From: an uncultured Bacilli bacterium
Lineage (GTDB): Bacteria; Bacillota_I; Bacilli_A; RF39; UBA660
DNA: 64,000 nt
Direction of reading: 5' to 3'
NCBI GenBank assembly: GCA_910587065.1
Contig: CAJUMA010000005.1
Span: forward strand, 5,644-69,643
Positions within the stretch are counted from its first letter, which is position 1. Each line of letters starts with the position of its first letter. The position numbers and the translations under genes are program-made. Shown one piece after another: positions 1 to 8,452 of the stretch. The notes under the pieces were generated by a model. It saw nothing but the letters and a program-made list of their open reading frames with translations, was not told the DNA's origin and searched no databases.

Positions 1-1
1 C

Positions 2-421
2 TCTGGTTTAGTTTATAATTCTGAAGATGAATACTTAAATATATTCACTAATCAAAAAACAGCTAAGCGTATAAAATTAACTGACTTAACTCAATTAAGC
101 CGAGCGAAACGTGGAAGTATGGTTATAAAAAAAGTAAAAACAACCAACTATGAAGTTACTTCTTCGATAATAACTAATACTAAAGATACAATTGGTCTTG
201 CTATGCTTGAAGATATTGGTATACTAAAAAATACCGATATTCCAATTATGGACACACTATCCACTGGTAGTACAATTGCAAAAAAAAGATTTGATCATGC
301 TTTTAAATTTACTGATATTAAAAAGGTTGAAGATAAAAAAGAATTGCAAAAGAAAACAAAAAAATCTATCGAAGAAACTAAACAAGAAAAATTAGATTTC
401 ATTGAAAATTTCAAAATATAG
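2..421 (+). CDS. 3'-partial CDS entering from upstream of the window; tail possibly a GyrA/ParC-type C-terminal domain
   Basis: Reading frame 2 has no stop from nt 2 through the ATG at 119 to the stop at 421, so track ORF 119..421 is only the tail. The product guess rests on an SRAKRGS blade-like motif only. Confidence 0.4.
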   Translation, partial: SGLVYNSEDEYLNIFTNQKTAKRIKLTDLTQLSRAKRGSMVIKKVKTTNYEVTSSIITNTKDTIGLAMLEDIGILKNTDIPIMDTLSTGSTIAKKRFDHAFKFTDIKKVEDKKELQKKTKKSIEETKQEKLDFIENFKI

Positions 422-465
422 AATAAAAACTCACTTATTAAATATAAATTAATAGGTGATTTTTT

Positions 466-807
466 ATGGATAAAAAAGAACTTTTTAAAACTTTTATTGG
501 CGCACATCCAGAAATATTAAAATATATTAAAAATAAAGAAATGACTTTTCAAGATTTTTTTGAAATATATGATATTTATGGCGAAGAGTCAAATGTTTGG
601 GATAAATACTTTAAAGAAGAAGCAAATACTGATGATACAAGATTAAAAGAGTTAAGTGGATTACTTAAAAATATAAACATAGATTCAATTGAGCATCACG
701 TAAACAATGCTCAAAAAGTAATTGGCATTATTCAAGAACTAACTAAAAAAACTCCCGAAATAACTGAGACACTTGAAAACCCAATAACTAAAATATATGG
801 AGATTAA
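466..807 (+). CDS. hypothetical small protein (113 aa)
   Basis: ORF with AGGTGA-like RBS upstream; no recognisable motif. Confidence 0.4.
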   Translation: MDKKELFKTFIGAHPEILKYIKNKEMTFQDFFEIYDIYGEESNVWDKYFKEEANTDDTRLKELSGLLKNINIDSIEHHVNNAQKVIGIIQELTKKTPEITETLENPITKIYGD

Positions 808-1030
808 AATGGAAGTAAGTCTTGCTTTGAAAATTAGAGAAAACAAAAAACTACATGATTTTTTAAAAAGAAATTCTGAACATTATGTAAAACTAAATCG
901 TAATCCCGATTATTACGATGAATTTTTAAAACTTTATAAAAAATATAATCGTGAGACGAATATGGATAAAATAAATGATGTCATTGATAATGCAGAATTA
1001 ATATCTAGTGTATTAAAAATAATGGAATAA
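797..1030 (+). CDS. hypothetical small protein (77 aa), overlaps previous ORF by 11 nt
   Basis: ORF only; could be the frameshifted continuation of 466..807. Confidence 0.3.
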   Translation: MEIKMEVSLALKIRENKKLHDFLKRNSEHYVKLNRNPDYYDEFLKLYKKYNRETNMDKINDVIDNAELISSVLKIME

Positions 1031-1053
1031 TAGTAAAATATTATTCCTTTTTA

Positions 1054-1082
1054 TTGAAAAAATTTTTTTTCTAATCTATAAT
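1054..1082 (+). promoter_or_regulatory. sigma-A type promoter: TTGAAA, 17-nt spacer, TATAAT, with a T8 tract in the spacer
   Basis: TTGAAA at 1054-1059 and TATAAT at 1077-1082 with an exact 17-nt spacer. The AGAGAGG RBS and ATG at 1113 follow. Confidence 0.5.
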
Positions 1083-1112
1083 AAATATAGAATAGAGAGG
1101 ATTGTTTATAGA

Positions 1113-3176
1113 ATGAAGAAAAAAAGTAGAGGTTTTACTTTAGTTGAACTGTTAGCGGTTATAGTAATACTGGCTCTTATAATGATTTTGGTAATTCCAT
1201 CAGTATTAGATGTAACTAATACTGCAAAAAAAGAATTGTTCTATGATTACTCAAGAACTGTCCAAAGTAAAGCTGTAGCCAAATACATTGAAGATATGGA
1301 TGATGAATCTATAAAAAGTAATTGTAGAGTCTATGATATTGGAACAGACTTGGATATTGAAAATACAGGGAACTTTGAAGGTTGGGCAAAAGTAAATAGA
1401 AAAATAGTAACAGATGAAACTAAAAAGGTCGCAAGAGTTAAATTACCGACAGTTTCGGAAGTATTAAGAGTTATGTACTGTATTGGTGATGGAACAACAT
1501 GTACACCTGATAGTCAATACAAATTCGCTGATGGAGCAACCCAAGTTACAGTGGAAAAAACTATCAATAAAGGTCAAGTTTTATGCGCCTATGAGGAATA
1601 TCCCGAAAATGGTGTTAAAAAAACCACATCTAATATGTGCCAAACATTTGACAGCGCAAATGTCTCAACGAACGGTTATGCATACGATGTAATCATAACC
1701 ATTAAAGATCGTGATAGGGCTGTAAACAGTTTTAACTTTAGTGAAAATACAACAAAAGAAGAATTTTATGGTGCTATTGATAGATTTAAAGAAGAAGCAA
1801 AAAACAAAACTGTTAATCCTATGGCAATTGCATCTCCTACATGTAATATTGATGACGTCGTAACTTATAAAGGAACAACAACAATTAAAAATCAAACAAC
1901 TGAATCAACGACTACTACAACTAAAAAGAATTGTAAGGAATTAACACCAGAAGAAAAGACATACGAAATAATTCTAAATCCAAATGGTGGAGTTCTAGGA
2001 ACAACAATTATTAAACAATGTGTTGATTGTGGAAGTTCTGTTGATATAGAAATCCCAACAAGAGAAGGTTACACATTTGATGGTTGGTACTATGATAAAG
2101 CCTTCAGTAAACGTTTAGTTGGTAATGCATCAAGCCGTGTTGAAAAGCAAGAAAAAATAGGTGCTGATAACTGTGTGTATGGATATGACAAAGTCTACTT
2201 ATACGCTAAGTGGCAATTAGATGAGTCCAAAACTACAACTACTGAAATTAAAACGACAACACCAAATTCAACTGCCGAATCAGATAAAACAAGCATTAAA
2301 ACGACAGAAGAAAATGAAGTAACTACAACTTCAAGAGATGCGAGTGATGCAACATTAAGATTAAGCGCTTTAACTGTATCAGGTTACGATATAGACTTTA
2401 GTCCAACTAAATATGATTATCGTGTGGAAGTTCCTTTCTCACAAACAAGTATTGGAATTACTGCTTATGCAAATACTCCAGAAATAACGGATGTAAGAGT
2501 AGAGGACTCAAACAATTTAGGTGTTGGAAATAATGTAATCCTGATTCATTTAACAAATAGAGAAAATAATAAAACAACTTATTATCGTGTTACAGTTGTG
2601 AGACTAGATGAAGGAGGAAAAGCACCATCAACTAACAAAACTCCAAACCAACCAGATTGGGATCCTTCATCAGGTCTTCCTGATCCAACACTAGATGAAT
2701 CAAATGCATCTTTAAGATTTTTACAAGTATCAGGTTATAATATGAATTTTGATCCAAACGTTTATAACTATGATTTAAATGTTGTGGCATTAACACCACT
2801 AAACTTAAGTTATCAACCTGCTGTTAAAGGTGCTTATGTTGCAGTAATGAATAATGAAAACCTAAAAGATGGTAGTGAGGTACTTGTACAGGTAAGAAGT
2901 CTTAATGGTTTTTATACAAAAACTTATAAAATAACAGTAAGATATAACAGAATTCAATCAAAAGGAACGAGATATTTAAGAAATATTGCAATAATACTTG
3001 CAATAATACTTGCAATTATTCTAGTTATATCTCGTAGTAATAAATTCCAAAGTCGAAGAATTATAAAGAAAAAAGACAATAAAGAAGAAAATAATCAAAA
3101 TCCTTCGGTACCAAATAATCAAGGTGATTCTACCAATTCTCAAAATCAAAATATAAATAACAATTCAGGTAACTAA
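1113..3176 (+). CDS. large prepilin-type (type IV pilin-like N-terminus) surface adhesin with a Listeria-Bacteroides repeat, two cadherin-like beta-sandwich domains and a C-terminal hydrophobic anchor
   Basis: N-terminus MKKKSRGFTLVELLAVIVILALI is a class III signal (G|FTLVE with Glu+5). NPNGG..REGYTFDGWYYD matches the Flg_new-type repeat. Two LRLSALTVSGYDIDFSPTKYDY / LRFLQVSGYNMNFDPNVYNY cadherin-like segments are present. C-terminal AIILAIILAIIL hydrophobic stretch is followed by a basic and then Asn/Gln-rich tail. Confidence 0.75.
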   Translation: MKKKSRGFTLVELLAVIVILALIMILVIPSVLDVTNTAKKELFYDYSRTVQSKAVAKYIEDMDDESIKSNCRVYDIGTDLDIENTGNFEGWAKVNRKIVTDETKKVARVKLPTVSEVLRVMYCIGDGTTCTPDSQYKFADGATQVTVEKTINKGQVLCAYEEYPENGVKKTTSNMCQTFDSANVSTNGYAYDVIITIKDRDRAVNSFNFSENTTKEEFYGAIDRFKEEAKNKTVNPMAIASPTCNIDDVVTYKGTTTIKNQTTESTTTTTKKNCKELTPEEKTYEIILNPNGGVLGTTIIKQCVDCGSSVDIEIPTREGYTFDGWYYDKAFSKRLVGNASSRVEKQEKIGADNCVYGYDKVYLYAKWQLDESKTTTTEIKTTTPNSTAESDKTSIKTTEENEVTTTSRDASDATLRLSALTVSGYDIDFSPTKYDYRVEVPFSQTSIGITAYANTPEITDVRVEDSNNLGVGNNVILIHLTNRENNKTTYYRVTVVRLDEGGKAPSTNKTPNQPDWDPSSGLPDPTLDESNASLRFLQVSGYNMNFDPNVYNYDLNVVALTPLNLSYQPAVKGAYVAVMNNENLKDGSEVLVQVRSLNGFYTKTYKITVRYNRIQSKGTRYLRNIAIILAIILAIILVISRSNKFQSRRIIKKKDNKEENNQNPSVPNNQGDSTNSQNQNINNNSGN

Positions 3177-3222
3177 AAAGTTATCTGAATTGTAAAAATA
3201 TTAGTTTTAAAAACAATTATAT

Positions 3223-3251
3223 TGACTAAAAGAGTAATCAAATATATAATT
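3223..3251 (+). promoter_or_regulatory. sigma-A type promoter: TTGACT, 17-nt spacer, TATAAT
   Basis: TTGACT at 3223-3228, TATAAT at 3246-3251, GAAAGAGG RBS before the ATG at 3279. Confidence 0.45.
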
Positions 3252-3278
3252 AAATTATAGTAGAAAGAGGAATTAAGA

Positions 3279-3800
3279 ATGAAAAAGAAAAATGGTTTTA
3301 CACTTGTTGAATTATTAGCAGTTATCGTTGTTTTAGCAATTATCATGATTATTGCTATACCATCTGTATTAGATGTTATGAATACTGCAAGAAAAAAAGG
3401 ATTCGTTATGTATATTGATAAGGCAGTAACAGCTGTCCAAGGACAATATGTATATGATGCTAACAGTGGAGCAATAAAAGGTGCTGGTCACTATGTTTAT
3501 GATATTACACGTGATTTAGGAACATTATCATCTGGTGATTATCATGGATATGTAACAGTAGATGCCTCAGATGTTGATCATCCCGAATATTGGATTGAAT
3601 TGTGGGACAGCAATTATATGACTCATGCATGGAATGTCTCTAAATTTGGTATCCCAGAAGCAGATAATGCAACTGCCGTGCAACCATATAACAGTGAAAA
3701 CGTTGCAACAACTGATTATGCGGCATGTCAAGCAACTTCGTCAAATCAAGCAGTTTCATGCTATACTAGAGAAGGTTATTTAATAACTCCAAAAGCATAG
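3279..3800 (+). CDS. prepilin-type N-terminal cleavage/methylation domain protein (ComGC/pseudopilin-like pilin, 173 aa)
   Basis: N-terminus MKKKNGFTLVELLAVIVVLAIIMIIAIPSVL is nearly identical to the adhesin N-terminus, followed by a small globular domain. Confidence 0.75.
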   Translation: MKKKNGFTLVELLAVIVVLAIIMIIAIPSVLDVMNTARKKGFVMYIDKAVTAVQGQYVYDANSGAIKGAGHYVYDITRDLGTLSSGDYHGYVTVDASDVDHPEYWIELWDSNYMTHAWNVSKFGIPEADNATAVQPYNSENVATTDYAACQATSSNQAVSCYTREGYLITPKA

Positions 3801-3866
3801 TAGAAATTACCAAAAACAACTATCTTAGTTGTTTTTTTTATGCTATAATTTCTAATAGGTGGTAAT

Positions 3867-4760
3867 ATGTTAATACTAGGAAGTCATGTATCATATAAAA
3901 ATGATACACAATTAATCGGAAGTGTAAAAGAAGCGTTATCCTATGGCTCAAATGCCTTTATGTTTTATACAGGAGCTCCCCAAAATACTCAAAGAGGAGC
4001 TATAAATGATTATTTAACAATTGAAGCTTTAAATATTATGAAGGAAAATGGTATTGCCTTAGAACATGTAATATGTCACGCTCCTTATATTGTTAATTTA
4101 GCGAATGATCAAGATTTAGATAAATATAAATTCGCGCAAGAATTTTTACGTAATGAAATTAACAGATGTGAAACACTAGGTGTTAAATATATTGTTTTAC
4201 ATCCTGGAAGTGCAACAAAGTTAGACCGTGATTATGCTATTAACAATATTATCAAAGGCATAAATAACATACTAGTTAAAGAAGATAATATTGTAATTCT
4301 TTTAGAAACTATGGCTGGAAAAGGTACTGAACTAGGAATAAATATAGAAGAACTTAAATATATTATAGATAATATTGAATATAAAGATAAAATTGGAGTT
4401 TGTTTAGATACTTGTCACCTAAATGATTCAGGTGTTGATATATCTCGTTTTGATGATTATTTAAGAGAGTTTGATAAAAGTATTGGGATTAATAAAATAG
4501 GTTGTATTCATGTAAATGATTCAAAAAATCCGATAAATTCCCATAAAGATAGACATGAAAATATAGGCTTTGGAACAATAGGATGGGACAATCTATTAGA
4601 AGTTATTTATAATCCTTTACTAGAAAACATCCCCAAAATTTTAGAGACTCCTTATATCGATAGAGATTACGCACCATATAAACAAGAGATTGATGCGATT
4701 AAAGACAAAACTTTTAATCCCAATTTATATCAAGACATTTTAGAATACTATCATAAATAA
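3867..4760 (+). CDS. nfo: endonuclease IV (AP endonuclease family 2)
   Basis: MLILGSHVS start, HAPYIVNL motif and TIM-barrel AP endonuclease pattern. Confidence 0.85.
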   Translation: MLILGSHVSYKNDTQLIGSVKEALSYGSNAFMFYTGAPQNTQRGAINDYLTIEALNIMKENGIALEHVICHAPYIVNLANDQDLDKYKFAQEFLRNEINRCETLGVKYIVLHPGSATKLDRDYAINNIIKGINNILVKEDNIVILLETMAGKGTELGINIEELKYIIDNIEYKDKIGVCLDTCHLNDSGVDISRFDDYLREFDKSIGINKIGCIHVNDSKNPINSHKDRHENIGFGTIGWDNLLEVIYNPLLENIPKILETPYIDRDYAPYKQEIDAIKDKTFNPNLYQDILEYYHK

Positions 4761-4772
4761 AAGGTGAATTAA

Positions 4773-5933
4773 ATGAATAAATCAATATCAATAAAAAATA
4801 ATTCCTTAATTCAAGAAGATGTAGAGAATTTTTTAAATCCTGATTATATTTACATACCTTTTTATGATACTGATAACATCTTAGTAAGTGTCGGTAAAAA
4901 AGTTTTAAAAGAAGAGGCTATTATTGAAAGAAAAAATGAAATAGTTTATAGTAGTGTCTCTGGTAAATTTATCGGAACAACAGAATCAACATACTTTGAT
5001 AATAAAGAGGGGAAATGCATAGTAATTGAAAACGATTTTAAAGAAAAGGTAATCGATAAAAAGGGTGCAGTAAAATACATAAGTGAGTATTCAAAAGAAG
5101 AAGTATTCAGCCTTATAAAAAAATACAGTATATGTTCTAAAGTAATAAATAACGGGGCTAAAATAATGGTAATCAATGGTATAGATCAAGATCCTTACGA
5201 AAGAACTTATTCTTTTTTAATTAATAACCACTGCCAAAAAATATTAGAAGTTATCGATGCTTTAGCAAGTATACTAAATATATCTACAACTATTCTTGCA
5301 ATAAACAATCATGATAACAACAATGTAGTTATGTTAACAAATCACATTGGGACATACCCTAATATTAAATTAAAATTACTTCCAGATGCTTATCCAAGCG
5401 GTTATAAAGAACTAGTAATAAAAAATACTTTAACAAAAAAACAAGCCAACGAAGGATATATATATATGACAGTTGAGGATATGTACAATATTTATAATGT
5501 GTTAAAAAGAAGGAAACCGATTACCGAAAAACTTTTAACTCTTTCTGGTAATTCAATCGAAAATAGTAAAGTCTTAAATGTGAAAATAGGCACGATTATT
5601 CCTGATATTATAGAAAATTGTTGTGACATTGTAAATGATAAGTATTTCGTAATAAAAAATGGCTTAATAGCAGGAAAAACATTAACCCATCTTAACCAAC
5701 CAATAACAAGCAATATGAGGTCATTGTTTTTAAATACTAAGAGTAAAGATATAGAAAGAAAATGTATTAACTGTGGTTTATGTAATGCCAAGTGTCCAGT
5801 GGGATTAAATCCCAAATACTTAAAAGAACATAAAAATGCTGATCGCTCTAAATGTATTGGTTGTGGCCTTTGTACTTATATTTGTCCATCAAAAATAAAC
5901 TTTAAGCCATATCTTGGAGGCAAAGATGAATAA
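4773..5933 (+). CDS. RnfC-like protein (SLBB/51-kDa-like region plus two 4Fe-4S ferredoxin motifs), apparently degenerate
   Basis: KIMVINGIDQDPYERTY resembles RnfC vIvNgaEcEPy. C-terminal CINCGLCNAKCP and CIGCGLCTYICP motifs are present. No clear glycine-rich NADH/FMN motif was seen. Confidence 0.5.
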   Translation: MNKSISIKNNSLIQEDVENFLNPDYIYIPFYDTDNILVSVGKKVLKEEAIIERKNEIVYSSVSGKFIGTTESTYFDNKEGKCIVIENDFKEKVIDKKGAVKYISEYSKEEVFSLIKKYSICSKVINNGAKIMVINGIDQDPYERTYSFLINNHCQKILEVIDALASILNISTTILAINNHDNNNVVMLTNHIGTYPNIKLKLLPDAYPSGYKELVIKNTLTKKQANEGYIYMTVEDMYNIYNVLKRRKPITEKLLTLSGNSIENSKVLNVKIGTIIPDIIENCCDIVNDKYFVIKNGLIAGKTLTHLNQPITSNMRSLFLNTKSKDIERKCINCGLCNAKCPVGLNPKYLKEHKNADRSKCIGCGLCTYICPSKINFKPYLGGKDE

Positions 5934-6852
5934 TGTTTATGTAAGAGGAAATACCTCTATAAAGTCAATTTCTTTAACTAGATTATTTCTTGTGATACCC
6001 CTAATAATATACGGGTTTTATAAGAACGGTGTATTTTTATATATGAATAATTATATAGGCTTACTAGAAATGTTTAAACCATTAATACTTATACTTATAG
6101 GGGCCTTTTTAGGAGCTATCGTTAATATAATATATGAATATATTATAAAAAGAAGAAAAGAAGATCTAATAAATACAATATTTTCATCATTTCATGTAGA
6201 ATATGGTGTAATAGTTGCTTGTATTTCTAGTATTAATACCAATATACTTGCATTTACAATATGCATATTCTTTATTTTCTTAATATCCAAGTTTTTAAAT
6301 AACAGAATAAATATTATGTCTGTAACATTTATAGCAATATACAGTATAATAACTCTTAAAAACCCATATATATTTGAAAATATATATGAATTAAGTAAAA
6401 ATTTTTCCCTTAATTTTATGGATTATTTAACAGGCCGGGCAGCAGGAGGAATTGCCTCAACTCATATTTTTTTACTTGTAGTTGCCTTGATTGGTTTACA
6501 TATATCTAACACTAATAAAGGTGAAATAACAATTTATACTTGTATAAGTTACGCACTTCCAGCTATAATCTATGCTATAATAAGACATATAAATGTTATT
6601 GATATTTTATTTTTAAATAATTATATGTTTATATTTACATTTGTTGCAACAGACAGTGTAACTAGTTGTTATACAACTAATGGAAAAAAGGTTTACGGAA
6701 TACTTATTGGTGTGCTTACATTTGGTTTTTATTTTATAAATCCCATTCTTGCGCCATTTATAAGTATTATAGTTACCAGTTTACTTAATAATTTAATTGA
6801 TAGAAAGGTTGGAGTGTTTTCAAATAAAACATCTCAAATTAAAGGTGAATAA
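5914..6852 (+). CDS. RnfD/NqrB-family-like polytopic membrane protein
   Basis: Multi-TM protein. LTGRAAGGIAS and FVATDSVTS resemble the RnfD/NqrB G-x-x-GG and TDPVT segments. Overlaps the preceding gene by 20 nt. Confidence 0.45.
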   Translation: MEAKMNNVYVRGNTSIKSISLTRLFLVIPLIIYGFYKNGVFLYMNNYIGLLEMFKPLILILIGAFLGAIVNIIYEYIIKRRKEDLINTIFSSFHVEYGVIVACISSINTNILAFTICIFFIFLISKFLNNRINIMSVTFIAIYSIITLKNPYIFENIYELSKNFSLNFMDYLTGRAAGGIASTHIFLLVVALIGLHISNTNKGEITIYTCISYALPAIIYAIIRHINVIDILFLNNYMFIFTFVATDSVTSCYTTNGKKVYGILIGVLTFGFYFINPILAPFISIIVTSLLNNLIDRKVGVFSNKTSQIKGE

Positions 6853-7239
6853 ATGGCAAAGTTTTGTACAAATTGTGGAGCAAAATTAGAAAGTGGAAAA
6901 AGAAAGTGTGTGTCTTGTGGCAAAGAAATTACAACTGTAATCAATGAAGCAGGAAAAGATGATACTAATTTTAAAAGTGATACAACACCAATGTATAGAA
7001 ATAATAAAAGCAAAATAGCAGCAGGCTTACTTGGAGTATTCTTAGGCGTATTTGGTGTTCATAACTTCTATCTGGGTTATACTAGCAAAGCAACGACTCA
7101 ATTAATATTAGGTACAGCTGGAGCACTTTTATGTGGAATTGGTCCAGTTATCAGCAGTATTTGGGGATTTGTTGAGGGAATCTTAATTTTAACTGGTAGT
7201 ATAAACAAAGATGCTGAAGGAAATGATTTAACAGATTAG
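6853..7239 (+). CDS. zinc-ribbon plus TM2-domain membrane protein
   Basis: N-terminal CTNCG..CVSCG zinc ribbon and a TM2-like GVHNFYLG two-helix segment. Confidence 0.6.
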   Translation: MAKFCTNCGAKLESGKRKCVSCGKEITTVINEAGKDDTNFKSDTTPMYRNNKSKIAAGLLGVFLGVFGVHNFYLGYTSKATTQLILGTAGALLCGIGPVISSIWGFVEGILILTGSINKDAEGNDLTD

Positions 7240-7318
7240 TTAACATCCGCTTAACATAATCAAGAACATATTACTAAAATATGTTCTTTTTTGTGTTAAA
7301 ATTAAGATAGGTGAGACT

Positions 7319-8452
7319 ATGAAAAATGCGTTAAGTAAATTAGATAAACCCTTACTAATTTTAACAGTTCTTTTTTCCGCTATAGGCTTAGTGATGATTT
7401 TTTCATCGTCTTCGATTTCTGCTGTTTTGCAATATGGTAGTACAGAATATCATTTTTTTTGGAAACAAGCTATTATTATTTTTATTGGCTTTCTTTTAAG
7501 TTTTATAGTATATACAATACCAACCAAGTGGTATAAAGGATTATCTATTTTAGGCCTAGGTATAATTATTCTTGTTCTCATTGGATTAAAAACCTATGGA
7601 CAAGTAACAAACAGTGCAAGATCTTGGTTTAAAGTAGCAGGATTCTCGATTCAACCAAGTGAATTTGCCAAAACAATTATTATAATATACTTAGCAACTT
7701 GGTATGGCTCTAAGAAGAAATTTAAATCTATATATGATACATTTATCCCTTTAATTCCTTGTATTGCGATATTTTTTCTTGTAGCTGCAGAACCAGATCT
7801 AGGTACAGCTTGTATAATCGCCTCAATTTGCATGTTTATTTTTTTTACTTTACCATTTCAAAAAAATAAAGCGATGTTTTTTATAAAGTTAATAACAATT
7901 ACAAGCATAATTGGAGGAGTAATATTCCTAAATGGAAATTCAGAATTTCTTACCTCAACACAAGCATCTCGTTTTAATTTTAAAGATCCTTGTTCTAGAT
8001 ATCTAGAAGAAACGGGATATCAAGTATGTAATGGTTATATCGCGATAAATAATGGTGGGCTTTTAGGTTCTGGTTTAGGAAAATCAACACAAAAGTACTT
8101 ATACTTACCAGAAGCTCATACAGATTTTATATTTCCGATAATTGTTGAAGAATTAGGACTTATTGGTGGTTTTTTTATATTAATTTTATACTTATTAGTT
8201 CTATACCGTATATTAGTAATTGCAAGAAACGCAAAAGATTTACGTGGAAGCATTATTGCTTTTGGAACATTTGCCTACATCTTAACACATATAATAGTTA
8301 ACATGGGTGGACTTCTTGCATTGATACCTTTAACAGGAGTTCCACTACCTTTTCTTAGTTACGGCGGATGTTATGCTTTAAATTTATTGATTCTTATTGC
8401 CATAACCCAAAGAGTATCTATTGAAACCAAAATGAAGAAGGTGAGTAAATAA
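7319..8452 (+). CDS. SEDS family peptidoglycan glycosyltransferase (FtsW/RodA/SpoVE)
   Basis: Ten-TM pattern, QPSEFAK and GSGLGKS-type motifs, C-terminal PLPFLSYGG. Confidence 0.8.
   Translation: MKNALSKLDKPLLILTVLFSAIGLVMIFSSSSISAVLQYGSTEYHFFWKQAIIIFIGFLLSFIVYTIPTKWYKGLSILGLGIIILVLIGLKTYGQVTNSARSWFKVAGFSIQPSEFAKTIIIIYLATWYGSKKKFKSIYDTFIPLIPCIAIFFLVAAEPDLGTACIIASICMFIFFTLPFQKNKAMFFIKLITITSIIGGVIFLNGNSEFLTSTQASRFNFKDPCSRYLEETGYQVCNGYIAINNGGLLGSGLGKSTQKYLYLPEAHTDFIFPIIVEELGLIGGFFILILYLLVLYRILVIARNAKDLRGSIIAFGTFAYILTHIIVNMGGLLALIPLTGVPLPFLSYGGCYALNLLILIAITQRVSIETKMKKVSK

Noticed and set aside
295-507. Minus-strand 70-aa ORF overlapping the 3' end of the partial CDS and the next gene
   Set aside because: Antisense to a better-supported frame, low-complexity Phe/Lys-rich translation typical of AT-rich antisense reading, no RBS
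1483-1895. ORFs 1483..1692 (+) and 1665..1895 (-) inside the pilin-adhesin gene
   Set aside because: Fully embedded in a long, motif-supported CDS; alternate or antisense frames
4946-5815. Minus-strand ORFs 4946..5176 and 5492..5815 inside the RnfC-like gene
   Set aside because: Antisense; the sense strand carries ferredoxin cluster motifs
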